Source: Candidatus Omnitrophota bacterium (GTDB lineage: Bacteria; Omnitrophota; Gorgyraeia; Gygaellales; Profunditerraquicolaceae). Taken from it: DNA of 64,000 nt. Position numbers and translations under genes: made by a program. The notes beneath the pieces were generated by a model. The model worked only from the letters and a program-made list of their open reading frames with translations. It did not search any database and was not told the DNA's origin. Positions 19,458 to 28,531 of this stretch are shown in pieces (the stretch's first letter is position 1; each line of letters begins with the position of its first letter). The stretch lies in assembly GCA_016208765.1 (NCBI GenBank), contig JACQXK010000085.1:4814-68813 (forward strand). Direction: 5' to 3'.

Positions 19458-19964
19458 ATGAAAAGGATAGCTGTAGTTTTTGCAGGGTTGTTTTTTTGTT
19501 TAATAGTATTAACCGGCGTTGCCCATGCCGCGGATAAATTTGCTTACGTTGACCTGAGCCGCTTGTTTGGAGAATACTCAAAGACTAAAGATTTTGATAA
19601 GGTTCTCGGAGACAAAGAGGAACTTTATACCAAAGAAAGAGATAAAAAAGTAAACGAGATCAAAAGTTTTCAGGACAAGTATAATTTATTAAGCGAGAAG
19701 GAAAAAAATGCCAAGAAGACCGAGTTGGAAAACAAGGTAAAGGTCCTTCAGGAATACGACAGGCAAAAACAGACTGACCTGCGTAAAGAGCAGGATGATA
19801 AAATGAAGGAGATCCTTAAGGACATTGAAGATGCAGTAAAGAAATATGCCGAGAAGGAAGGTTATACTATGGTTTTTAATGACCGTGTCCTGGTATATCA
19901 GACAAAGAATTATGATATCACAGATAAAGTTGTTGAGATTTTAAACAGCGGGTATAAGAAATAA
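19458..19964 (+). CDS. skp: Periplasmic chaperone Skp/OmpH
   Basis: Signal peptide then lysine/glutamate-rich coiled-coil of about 150 aa, between bamA and lpxD. Confidence 0.75.
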   Translation: MKRIAVVFAGLFFCLIVLTGVAHAADKFAYVDLSRLFGEYSKTKDFDKVLGDKEELYTKERDKKVNEIKSFQDKYNLLSEKEKNAKKTELENKVKVLQEYDRQKQTDLRKEQDDKMKEILKDIEDAVKKYAEKEGYTMVFNDRVLVYQTKNYDITDKVVEILNSGYKK

Positions 19965-19972
19965 CTTTTTTT

Positions 19973-21013
19973 ATGCAAAAAACCCTGAGAGAAATAGCTA
20001 AATTTCTAGGCGGGGAAGTTGTCGGGGATGAAAATACAGTAATAAAGGGCGTAGCCGGTATAAAAGAAGCGCATAACGGCGATATAACATTTCTTGCGAA
20101 CCCTAAGTATTACCCACTAATAGATAAAACCCAGGCCTCTGCAATTATTACAGCGCGTGAGCCGGTAGCATCAAGCAAACCGATTATCCGTACTGATGAT
20201 GCCTCTTTGGCATTTGCCAAGGTTATTTCTTTGTTAGCACCAAGCGACATTTCGCATCCTGCCGGGATACATAAAACCGCGATTATCGGGAAGAATGTTT
20301 CTCTGGGGAAGAACGTTTGCCTTGGCCCTTATGTTGTTGTAGAAGATAATGCGCAAATAGGGGAAAATTCTATAATTTATTCCGGAACTTATATCGGTAG
20401 CTATGTAAAAATAGGACAAGCTGTTGTTATTTATCCGAATGTTTCTGTGCGTGAGCGAGTCAGCATAGGCAACAGGGTGATTATTCATAGCGGAACAGTA
20501 ATTGGTTCGGATGGTTTTGGTTTTGTTAATGTAAAGGGCTTGCATCAAAAAATACCTCAGATTGGAACAGTAGAGATCGGGGACGATGTTGAAATTGGGG
20601 CAAATGTCGCCATTGACCGCGCCCGTTTTGATAAGACAATTATTTCTAAAGGCACAAAGATTGATAATTTGGTGCACATTGCCCATAATGTTGTCGTAGG
20701 AGAAAACTCAATTATTGTCGCCCAGGCAGGGATTTCCGGCTCAACGGTTATCGGGAAAAATGTTACCCTTGCAGGGCAAGCAGGGTTAGTCGGGCATATT
20801 ACAATCGGAGATGGGGCAGTGGTAGCAGCACAGGCAGGCGTAACAAAATCAGTTCCTGAAAATACCATTGTATCCGGTTATCCTGCAAGAGAGCATAATG
20901 CCGCAAGAAAAATTAATGCCTTCGTGCAGAACCTTCCGCGTATGCATGAAGAGCTCAAGGAGCTTAAGAAGAGAATCGCAGAATTAGAAATCAAGCTAAA
21001 AGAAAAAGAGTAA
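19973..21013 (+). CDS. lpxD: UDP-3-O-acylglucosamine N-acyltransferase
   Basis: Left-handed beta-helix hexapeptide repeats, about 346 aa, position in lpx cluster. Confidence 0.8.
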   Translation: MQKTLREIAKFLGGEVVGDENTVIKGVAGIKEAHNGDITFLANPKYYPLIDKTQASAIITAREPVASSKPIIRTDDASLAFAKVISLLAPSDISHPAGIHKTAIIGKNVSLGKNVCLGPYVVVEDNAQIGENSIIYSGTYIGSYVKIGQAVVIYPNVSVRERVSIGNRVIIHSGTVIGSDGFGFVNVKGLHQKIPQIGTVEIGDDVEIGANVAIDRARFDKTIISKGTKIDNLVHIAHNVVVGENSIIVAQAGISGSTVIGKNVTLAGQAGLVGHITIGDGAVVAAQAGVTKSVPENTIVSGYPAREHNAARKINAFVQNLPRMHEELKELKKRIAELEIKLKEKE

Positions 21014-21020
21014 ACTCATT

Positions 21021-22337
21021 ATGAATAAACAAACAACTATTGCAACAGAGTTAAGTTTAAAGGGGATCGGGTTACATACCGCAAAAAAAGTAAGTATTAC
21101 CCTTAAGCCGGCTGGGGCAGATGCAGGAATAAATTTTATACGTATTGATTTGCCGCAAAGGCCGGTAATAAAGGCGGCAGTGGAGAATTTAGTTTCTCCT
21201 GAGCGTTCTCCCCGCAGGACAACCATATCCGCAGGCAACGCCGAGGTGCAGACAGTTGAACATCTTATGGCCTGCTTATTTGGTTTGGGGATTGATAATC
21301 TTTATATTGAGATTGATAATGAAGAAGTCCCCGGGTTAGACGGCAGCGGCAAGAGTTTTCTTGAGGCATTAACAAAGGCGGGGATAAAAGAGCTTGAGAA
21401 GGAAAAGCATGTTTTTTCTGTAAAAGAGCCGATGTATGTGGAAGAGGAGGGCGGTTCTATTATTGTATTGCCGTCTAATAATTTTAAGATTTCATATACC
21501 TTAAGCTATAACCAGCCGGTTGAGCGGACAGAATTTCTTGAATTGTCCTTAGATTCCGAAGTATTTATCAGAGAGATTGCCTCGGCACGTACATTTTGCC
21601 TTGAAAGCGAAGCTAATGAATTACAGCAAAGAGGCTTGGGGCTGGGGGCGAATTATGATAATACGCTTGTCTTGGGCAAGAACGGGGTGATCAAAAATAC
21701 CCTGCGTTATGACAACGAATTTATCAGGCACAAGATCCTTGATTTAATGGGTGATCTTTATTTGGTGGGATGTCCTTTAAAGGCCCATGTGATTGCCATA
21801 AAAAGCGGCCATTCGCAGAATATAAAAATCGCAAAGAAAATCAATGAGCAAAAATTGAAATCTCTTACCGGCGGGATTGGCGCAGGTTTTCATGTTCAGC
21901 AAGACGGACAGCTTGATGTAACAACGATTATGAAGATCCTTCCGCACCGCGAGCCGTTTTTGTTTGTGGACAGGATCGTGCATTTGGAAAAAGGAAAACG
22001 CGCTGTTGGGATAAAGAATGTTACTATTAACGATTATTTCTTTAAGGGCCATTTTCCCGGAAGGCCGGTAATGCCGGGTGTGATCATTGTTGAGGCTATG
22101 GCGCAGGTGGGTGGCGTGATGATGCTTGCTCCCGAGGAGAATCGGGGGAAGCTTGCGTTTTTTATGGCAGCGAATAATATTAAATTCAGAAAAACAGTTG
22201 TACCAGGGGATCAGCTTGTAATGGAAGTTGTCGCCGGTAAGATCAAGTCTAAGACAGGGCAGGTGCATGCCAAGGCAACAGTTGATGGCAAGGTTGTTAC
22301 TGAAGCGGACTTAATGTTTGCGCTTGTTGAGAATTAA
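21021..22337 (+). CDS. lpxC-fabZ: Fused UDP-3-O-acyl-GlcNAc deacetylase / 3-hydroxyacyl-ACP dehydratase (LpxC-FabZ bifunctional)
   Basis: N-terminal about 280 aa LpxC-like (HTAKK..., EHLMA, HKILDLMGDL), C-terminal about 150 aa FabZ hot-dog (LPHREPFLFVDRI...GHFPGRPVMPGV). Confidence 0.8.
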   Translation: MNKQTTIATELSLKGIGLHTAKKVSITLKPAGADAGINFIRIDLPQRPVIKAAVENLVSPERSPRRTTISAGNAEVQTVEHLMACLFGLGIDNLYIEIDNEEVPGLDGSGKSFLEALTKAGIKELEKEKHVFSVKEPMYVEEEGGSIIVLPSNNFKISYTLSYNQPVERTEFLELSLDSEVFIREIASARTFCLESEANELQQRGLGLGANYDNTLVLGKNGVIKNTLRYDNEFIRHKILDLMGDLYLVGCPLKAHVIAIKSGHSQNIKIAKKINEQKLKSLTGGIGAGFHVQQDGQLDVTTIMKILPHREPFLFVDRIVHLEKGKRAVGIKNVTINDYFFKGHFPGRPVMPGVIIVEAMAQVGGVMMLAPEENRGKLAFFMAANNIKFRKTVVPGDQLVMEVVAGKIKSKTGQVHAKATVDGKVVTEADLMFALVEN

Positions 22338-22339
22338 TT

Positions 22340-23128
22340 ATGCAAATACATCCTACTGCGATTGTTTCAAAGAAGGCAAAACTTGGGCAAGGTGTTTGCG
22401 TCGGGCCGTTTTCTTCAATTAGTGATAATGCGGTTATAGGGGATAATACTGTAATCGGTAGCCACTGCGTGGTTGAAGGAAATACTGCCATCGGAAGCAA
22501 TTGCCGAATTTTTACCGGGGCAGTTGTAGGCAGCCAGCCGCAGGACTTAAAGTTTAAAGGTGAAAAAGTATTTCTTGAAATTGGCGACAATAATATTATC
22601 CGCGAATATTGCACCTTAAATCCCGGCACAGAAGAAGGCGGGAAGACGACTGTCGGAAGCAATAATCTTTTTATGGCATATTCGCATATTGCCCACGACT
22701 GCTGCGTAGGTAATTACTGTGTTCTTGCTAATAGCGGCACCCTTGCAGGACATGTAACCATTGAAGACAGGGCAGTAGTGGGGGGATTAGTGGCAATTCA
22801 TCAGTTTGTGCGCGTTGGCAAACTTTCTATTATAGGCGGTTGTTCAAAGGTTGTGCATGATATTCCTCCTTATTCAACTTGCGACGGGCATCCGGCTGCA
22901 GTTTTCGGGTTAAACCTCGTCGGCTTAAGGCGCAATAGCATTCCCAAGGATTCCCTGCAGGCGCTTGATAAAGCATACAGATTACTTTTTAATTCCGGTT
23001 TCTTGATCAAGAATGCTTTAGAAAAAGTCTTAAAAGAAGTCAAACTTACTCCAGAGGTATCTCACCTTATTGATTTTGTTAAAAAATCAGAGCGGGGCAT
23101 TGCGCGCTCTTGCCGTAAAGCAAATTAA
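22340..23128 (+). CDS. lpxA: Acyl-ACP--UDP-GlcNAc O-acyltransferase
   Basis: MQIHPTAIVSKKAKLG hexapeptide beta-helix, about 262 aa. Confidence 0.85.
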   Translation: MQIHPTAIVSKKAKLGQGVCVGPFSSISDNAVIGDNTVIGSHCVVEGNTAIGSNCRIFTGAVVGSQPQDLKFKGEKVFLEIGDNNIIREYCTLNPGTEEGGKTTVGSNNLFMAYSHIAHDCCVGNYCVLANSGTLAGHVTIEDRAVVGGLVAIHQFVRVGKLSIIGGCSKVVHDIPPYSTCDGHPAAVFGLNLVGLRRNSIPKDSLQALDKAYRLLFNSGFLIKNALEKVLKEVKLTPEVSHLIDFVKKSERGIARSCRKAN

Positions 23129-23132
23129 AATC

Positions 23133-23936
23133 ATGGAAAAGATCGGCCTGATTGCTGGTAACCGCAAATTCCCTTTGCTTTTTGCAAAAGAGGCAAAGAA
23201 GAAAAACTATTCTATTGTGGCTGTTGCCATTAAAGGGGACACGTCGGGGAAGCTTAAGAAACTTGTAGATAAGATTTATTGGCTTGGGCTTAGCGAGTAT
23301 AGCCGGTTGTTTAAGATATTTAAAGACGAGGGAATTACAAAGGTGGTAATGGCAGGGCAGATCAGCCCGCGCAGGCTTTTTAGCAAAGAGATTAATAAGG
23401 ATCCCGAGTTAAGGGATTTGCTTTCTTCCATAAAAGACAAAAGAGCGGATACGATCTTTGGAAAGATCGCCGAAAAATTAAAAGAGCACGGCCTTGAGCT
23501 TTTGGATTCAACGATTTTTATCACAGATTATCTTCCTAAAAAAGGTGTGTTAACTAAGAAAAAACCGGATGAATTGCTTTCTGAAGATATTGATTTTGGG
23601 CTGCATTTAGCAAAGGCTGTAGGGGAGTTGGATATCGGACAGACTGTGGCAGTAAAGTCAAAGGCAATCATTGCAGTTGAAGCATTGGAAGGGACGGATA
23701 ATTTAATTAAAAGATCCGGTAAGATCAGCCGTGGAGGGATTACTATTGTTAAGGTTAGTAAACCCAAACAGGATATGCGTTTTGATGTTCCGGTAGTGGG
23801 GCTTAATACAATTAAGAACCTTATTCGTATAGGAGCGCAATGCCTTGCTATTGAAGCAGATAAAACACTTTTTATAGATAAAAAAGAAAGCCTGGCCTTG
23901 GCAGACAAAAAGGGCCTTATAATAGTGGCAGTCTAA
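23133..23936 (+). CDS. lpxI: UDP-2,3-diacylglucosamine hydrolase, LpxI (DUF1009) family
   Basis: MEKIGLIAGNRKFPLLFAKEAKKKNYSIVAVAIKG N-terminus typical of LpxI; directly follows lpxA. Confidence 0.6.
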   Translation: MEKIGLIAGNRKFPLLFAKEAKKKNYSIVAVAIKGDTSGKLKKLVDKIYWLGLSEYSRLFKIFKDEGITKVVMAGQISPRRLFSKEINKDPELRDLLSSIKDKRADTIFGKIAEKLKEHGLELLDSTIFITDYLPKKGVLTKKKPDELLSEDIDFGLHLAKAVGELDIGQTVAVKSKAIIAVEALEGTDNLIKRSGKISRGGITIVKVSKPKQDMRFDVPVVGLNTIKNLIRIGAQCLAIEADKTLFIDKKESLALADKKGLIIVAV

Positions 23937-23942
23937 AAATTC

Positions 23943-23971
23943 TTGACATAAGTTCAGTTGTTGTGTATAAA
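23943..23971 (+). promoter_or_regulatory. sigma70-like promoter TTGACA-17-TATAAA
   Basis: ttgaca 23943-23948, tataaa 23966-23971, upstream of the CBM48 gene. Confidence 0.45.
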
Positions 23972-24003
23972 TAAGTTGTCTGTTCATTAAAAGGAGGTTA
24001 GTC

Positions 24004-24279
24004 ATGGCTATGGTAACAAGGAATAAGGCAATGGAATTTAAGTTATATTCTCCTCAAGCAAGGAAAGTAAGCCTTGCAGGAAGTTTTAACAATTGGGATG
24101 TTAAGGCAAATTCCGCTAAGAAAGATACTAAGGGAAATTGGGTGGTAAAAGCCAGTCTTAAACCAGGAAGATATGAATACAAGTTCTTTGTTGACGGAGC
24201 ATGGACTAATGATCCTCGTTGCACAAGTTGTGTTACAAATAATTTTGGGACGCAGAATTGCGTGGTTGAAATAAAGTAG
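24004..24279 (+). CDS. Small CBM48 / AMPK-beta-like glycogen-binding-domain protein
   Basis: FKLYSPQARKVSLAGSFNNWD...GRYEYKFFVDGAWTNDP matches the carbohydrate-binding module 48 signature. Confidence 0.6.
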   Translation: MAMVTRNKAMEFKLYSPQARKVSLAGSFNNWDVKANSAKKDTKGNWVVKASLKPGRYEYKFFVDGAWTNDPRCTSCVTNNFGTQNCVVEIK

Positions 24280-24294
24280 GTTTAAATATAGCTG

Positions 24295-24355
24295 CCCCAC
24301 ACCAGTTGAAGATAACTTAAGCTAAATTTCTAATTGGTGTGGGGATTTTCTTTTT
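24295..24355 (+). terminator. Putative intrinsic terminator (10-bp stem ccccacacca/tggtgtgggg, long loop, T-run)
   Basis: Inverted repeat 24295-24304 / 24335-24344 followed by ttttcttttt. Confidence 0.4.
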
Positions 24356-24358
24356 ACG

Positions 24359-25078
24359 ATGAAATACATTTACGGCCCGGTAAAATCCAGGCGTTTAGGC
24401 ATGTCTTTGGGCATAAGCTTAACCCCTCATAAAATCTGCAGCCTGGATTGTGTTTATTGCCAGCTGGGGAAAACCAGTGTTTTAACCTCAAGGCGCAAAG
24501 AATATATTAAGATTGTTGATATTCTTGAAGAGATAAAGCTGTGGCTTGAGAATAATTGCGGCGATGCCAGGAAGCTGCAATTTGTTACCCTTTCCGGGGC
24601 AGGGGAACCTTCATTAAATATCGGGATCGGGAAACTGATTTCAGGGATTAAGAAACTGACAGGTTTGAGTGTGGCAGTAATTACTAATGCCTCGTTACTT
24701 TCTAATGAGAGACTCAGGAAAGATTTATTAGCGGCTGATTTAATTGTGCCTTCTTTGGATGCGGTTAGCCAGGGAATTTTTGAAAAGATTGACCGTCCGG
24801 TAAAAGGCATCAGGGCCAAAGATATTGTTAATGGTTTAATTAAACTCAGGAAAGAATTCCCTGGGAAAATTTGGCTTGAGGTAATGATTGTTAAGGGGAT
24901 TAATGACAGTTTAGAGGAAATCAGGAAAATTAAAGCAGCAGCAGATAAAATTGGCCCTGATTTAATCCAGATTAATTCTCCTGTGCGCACAACTACTGAA
25001 AAGAATGTATTTTCAGTTTCTAAAGAGACGCTAAAAAAAATTAAAGAGATTTTTGGCGATAAGGCCAAGATTATTTGA
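24359..25078 (+). CDS. Radical SAM protein (CxxxCxYC at CSLDCVYC; YGPVKSRRLGMSLGI N-terminus)
   Basis: Canonical radical-SAM cysteine triad near N-terminus; about 239 aa. Confidence 0.65.
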   Translation: MKYIYGPVKSRRLGMSLGISLTPHKICSLDCVYCQLGKTSVLTSRRKEYIKIVDILEEIKLWLENNCGDARKLQFVTLSGAGEPSLNIGIGKLISGIKKLTGLSVAVITNASLLSNERLRKDLLAADLIVPSLDAVSQGIFEKIDRPVKGIRAKDIVNGLIKLRKEFPGKIWLEVMIVKGINDSLEEIRKIKAAADKIGPDLIQINSPVRTTTEKNVFSVSKETLKKIKEIFGDKAKII

Positions 25079-25079
25079 C

Positions 25080-25122
25080 GCGCCCATGGCCCAATGGATA
25101 GGGCACCAGTCTTCGGAACTGG
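25080..25122 (+). tRNA. Truncated tRNA-Arg (anticodon UCG): acceptor 5' strand, D arm and anticodon arm present, no T arm / 3' acceptor
   Basis: gcgccca-tg-gccc-aatggata-gggc-a-ccagt-cTTCGga-actgg folds as tRNA positions 1-43; downstream sequence has no T-stem/loop. Abuts the integrase gene. Confidence 0.55.
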
Positions 25123-25193
25123 GGACTATCTATACTAACTTGTTGATAATGTTATAGTTAAGTTTCTATGTGTGAATAAAACTGTGAATGAAA

Positions 25194-26207
25194 TCAAAAT
25201 CTCAATTTATTTACTGCTACTTTTATATGTTCTTTACTAAGGTGGCTATAAATCATCGTGGTTGTAATTGAAGAGTGCCCTAAAAGATCTTTCACGGTGT
25301 TTAAATCTACTCCATTCATAACTAAATGAGAAGCGAAGGTGTGTCTTAGTGTATGCCAACCAATACCCATTAATTTCCCTATTTTCAGGATCCTTTTGAA
25401 TACCCGTCTTTGATTGGTGGTGTCAAAACAAGGCCCTTTTTCCTTGCGTAGAGGAACCAAGATAGATCTAAGCTTATCATGTAAGGGTATTACCCTGAAT
25501 TTCTTTGATTTAGTGGTAAAACCCTCTTTATTCTTTACGGTGATCTGTTTTCGTGTGAAATCTACATCTGACCATTCCAAGCTGAATAGTTCCGCTTGGC
25601 GCATACCGGTATATATAGCAGTGGCAATAACTGGATATAAGACAGTATCCCTGTCTGTATAAATATCAGGGTTCTGCGCAGCAGTAAGTAATTCTTCTAT
25701 TTCTTCTCTGCTTAAAAATCTTTTTGGGTTTAATGGTATCTTATACTTTTTTACATTTCGTAGTGGATTATCAGTGACGTATTGCATTTTAACGGCCCAG
25801 TTAAGCCAAGCCTTAAGATTTATGATTGTGTTGTTTGCTTCATAAAGGCTGATTTTGTCGTTATTTATCCTATGGTTTAGATATTCCTGCAATTTGTTTT
25901 CAGAAATTCTATTAACAGTGAGAGTTGCCGCCCAAGACAAGAATCTTTTTATACGAGATTCTGTGCCAAGATTAACATCTCTTACACGGCGATGTTCATT
26001 GAATTGTTGATATTCTTCAAGAAGAGAAGAACAGTTTCTTTGATTATCTGGGGCAATGTTATTGCCTTCAATTAACGATTGATCTTGTTTATTCTTGAGA
26101 TATATAGCTTGTGAGCGGTCTTTAGTTTTTAAACTCCTGCGATAAAGCTTTCCATTCTTATAAAAAGCAAGCCAGTATATTTGATCGCGACGATATAAAT
26201 GTGACAT
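25194..26207 (-). CDS. int: Tyrosine site-specific integrase
   Basis: C-terminal catalytic motifs HTLRHTFASHLV...LLGHSSITTTMIYSHL (R..HxxR..Y). Confidence 0.9.
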   Translation of the reverse strand: MSHLYRRDQIYWLAFYKNGKLYRRSLKTKDRSQAIYLKNKQDQSLIEGNNIAPDNQRNCSSLLEEYQQFNEHRRVRDVNLGTESRIKRFLSWAATLTVNRISENKLQEYLNHRINNDKISLYEANNTIINLKAWLNWAVKMQYVTDNPLRNVKKYKIPLNPKRFLSREEIEELLTAAQNPDIYTDRDTVLYPVIATAIYTGMRQAELFSLEWSDVDFTRKQITVKNKEGFTTKSKKFRVIPLHDKLRSILVPLRKEKGPCFDTTNQRRVFKRILKIGKLMGIGWHTLRHTFASHLVMNGVDLNTVKDLLGHSSITTTMIYSHLSKEHIKVAVNKLRF

Positions 26208-26208
26208 A

Positions 26209-26907
26209 TTAACAAAGTTTGTCTATAATCTTATCAAAGATATTTTTTGCTGCATTAGGCGACGATGGTATTACTCCTATTGGCAGAGTTTCTTTTTCTT
26301 GGCCAATAGAAACCCCGATTATAAGGTGGCGGTCTATCGTCTTTACATATTTCCAGTTTGAATCAACCCGGGGATTAACTGTTTCAGGGAATAGATCTAA
26401 TACTTTTAATATGACAATAGTGTTAAATGCCGGACAAAAGCGGAATTTATGTGTATTGGCCAGAAGGTAGTGTTTTATACGTTCCTTGTCAAAGATAAAT
26501 GTGCCGTCAAGGTCAAAGTGGCCATAGCAAAGCCATTCTGTGTCACTTGATAGTGGCATCATCGTCTGTATGCAGCGCCAAGGGTTAAATGCTGGGTATT
26601 GCCGCGCATCTCCGTGGCAGTATTGAACAGGATCGTGTGATAATTTGCGCAGAGCATAGCAGTTACAATAATGAAACACTTCATCCCAAGGCATTTCTTT
26701 TCCATCAATAAATACATACTTGTTGCGGAAACCTTTAAGAAATTGAGACATGCGGTAAGATTGGTCTGATTCTTCCCGGGTAAAAGTAACTGAATAGATA
26801 TCTTTTGAATGATTAAAAGTTTTATGTTTTTGTGCCTCAAGAAGAATAAATCTGAAGCGCGGAGAAGTAGATTGATAGAACTCTATAGTTAAGGTACGGT
26901 AGGGCAT
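26209..26907 (-). CDS. Cys/His-rich hypothetical protein (int-proximal cargo)
   Basis: 232 aa; no recognisable family; translationally coupled to upstream lipoprotein gene. Confidence 0.5.
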   Translation of the reverse strand: MPYRTLTIEFYQSTSPRFRFILLEAQKHKTFNHSKDIYSVTFTREESDQSYRMSQFLKGFRNKYVFIDGKEMPWDEVFHYCNCYALRKLSHDPVQYCHGDARQYPAFNPWRCIQTMMPLSSDTEWLCYGHFDLDGTFIFDKERIKHYLLANTHKFRFCPAFNTIVILKVLDLFPETVNPRVDSNWKYVKTIDRHLIIGVSIGQEKETLPIGVIPSSPNAAKNIFDKIIDKLC

Positions 26908-27389
26908 TTTACTTCTGTGAATTTGATTTCTTCTATCCAGATGTTTTTTATTCCATTAGATTCTAATGTAAAATATAGCTTTCCGGATTTTTCTAAATTT
27001 GACGGTTTAGGAGGAATCATCCAAGCAGTATTGTCTGCAATTCTCTCTGGAATCAAAACTTCTGCGAATTTTGATTTAGGGGGAATTGGCATAAAGGGCT
27101 GCTGCATATCTGAATGTATCTTTTTTGCCTGTCCTCTTATTAACCTTTGAGTGATACCTTCAGTTGTGACATAACTGGATTCATCTAATAAAAATTTAAC
27201 CATATTGTCAGTATTGTTTTGTATAATTACAGTCCATGCTGATCCAATTGGCACTAAGGTTATGCTTATGCCATTTATTTTCTGTAAAGTGGTAAAATTC
27301 TCATTATAAATAGGGCCTTGATATCCCCTGTATTGAGGAGTAACACATCCGGACAATATAAGCATAAGTAGCAAAACTGTTTTTTTCAT
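26889..27389 (-). CDS. Lipoprotein (lipobox LILSGC), int-proximal cargo
   Basis: MKKTVLLLMLILSGC signal/lipobox; start at Met preceded by aaaggaagg RBS. Confidence 0.55.
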   Translation of the reverse strand: MKKTVLLLMLILSGCVTPQYRGYQGPIYNENFTTLQKINGISITLVPIGSAWTVIIQNNTDNMVKFLLDESSYVTTEGITQRLIRGQAKKIHSDMQQPFMPIPPKSKFAEVLIPERIADNTAWMIPPKPSNLEKSGKLYFTLESNGIKNIWIEEIKFTEVKCPTVP

Positions 27390-28015
27390 ACCTTCCTTTT
27401 TATTTCTGTTATTTTGAAACAACGGCATTCGTTCTTGCCTGATAAAGTTATTATATCATGTTTATCGTTTAACGGGACAAGATGAATGTTATTGTTAGAG
27501 TGCTTGATTTTTTTAACTGTAACGCCTTTACCGTCTTTACGGCAGAAAATCAAATCCCCGTCATTTATTTGCTTAGAGGGTTCTACAAGCAGCAAATCCC
27601 CATCAAATATTGTGCGTCTATCATCAGCCCGGCCAGTCATGCTATCGCCATGCGCACGGACATAAAAAGCATTAGCGTCTTTACTGTTTGTTGGTTCGTT
27701 TTCCGGGTAGTGTCCTACAGGATAGCTACCGTCACTCCAGTCAATAAACTTACCGCATGAGGCGTCAAATACAGGAATTAAGCGTTGATCAGGTTTTACA
27801 TAAACAGGTGGGGTTATACCATAAAGTTCATTTAAAGATATCCCAAAGATATCACAGAGCTTTTGACGCTGGGTAGGATTGGGGCCGTTTAATTCGGTTT
27901 CCCATGCAGATATGGCAGAAGGTCTTTTAAGACCCAATTTTAAAGCCAATTCTTTTTGGCTCCAGTTCTTTTCTTCACGCAACTGTTTTATACGTTGTCC
28001 TATGGTCATAAGCAT
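27386..28015 (-). CDS. cI: CI-like repressor: XRE HTH + S24 (LexA-like) self-cleaving peptidase domain
   Basis: N-terminal HTH (QKELALKLGLKRPSAISAWE), C-terminal GDSM ... K S24 motifs. Confidence 0.8.
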   Translation of the reverse strand: MLMTIGQRIKQLREEKNWSQKELALKLGLKRPSAISAWETELNGPNPTQRQKLCDIFGISLNELYGITPPVYVKPDQRLIPVFDASCGKFIDWSDGSYPVGHYPENEPTNSKDANAFYVRAHGDSMTGRADDRRTIFDGDLLLVEPSKQINDGDLIFCRKDGKGVTVKKIKHSNNNIHLVPLNDKHDIITLSGKNECRCFKITEIKRKV

Positions 28016-28020
28016 TTTAT

Positions 28021-28239
28021 ATCACAAAATCTGTCAACCACCAAAGAAAATAATCACAGTAAATCTGTCTTTGAATAATATATTTCTCGTCGGTGTGATA
28101 AAATATGATAACTTAGTAAATAAAATCTGTGAGAAAAATACTTGACAAATACAGGAAATCTGTCATACTTTGACTAAGGTTGAAAGGAGCTATTTTTTTA
28201 AACTCAAATGTCAGAAAATCTGTCAAAGGAGAATAATCC
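28021..28239. promoter_or_regulatory. Immunity-region operator/promoter cluster: 5 copies of AAATCTGT(C/G)A between divergent cI and cro; TTGACA-16-CATACT promoter
   Basis: Repeats at 28027, 28071, 28123, 28155, 28216; -35 ttgaca 28142-28147; aaggag RBS 28226-28231. Confidence 0.6.
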
Positions 28240-28482
28240 ATGGGAATGATTAGGTTAAAGGAAGAAGTGATAAAAAACTGGCTGAAAAACAAAACCACGC
28301 CACCGCGCACCATTGAGGAGCTTGCTGAGTTAATGAAAATTGAGCCGAGTTTATTGTACATGATTTTTAGCGATGACCGCCAAGTTACTCCTAATGTTTT
28401 GCGCCGATTATGTGAAGTCACTGGTTACGATGTCGGTGACCTTTGTTTTTACGATCGCAATAAAGAGGAGAAAGATTCTTAA
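28240..28482 (+). CDS. cro: Cro-like small HTH regulator
   Basis: 80 aa, divergent from cI, HTH-like segment TIEELAELMKIEPSLLYMIF. Confidence 0.55.
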   Translation: MGMIRLKEEVIKNWLKNKTTPPRTIEELAELMKIEPSLLYMIFSDDRQVTPNVLRRLCEVTGYDVGDLCFYDRNKEEKDS

Positions 28483-28531
28483 TTACATTATAACAGTTTT
28501 ATTTGTTTTTGTGCGGAATGGAGGGGGATAG

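Noticed and set aside
25414-25662. Plus-strand 82-aa ORF inside the integrase gene
   Set aside because: It is antisense to the integrase, which has canonical catalytic motifs.
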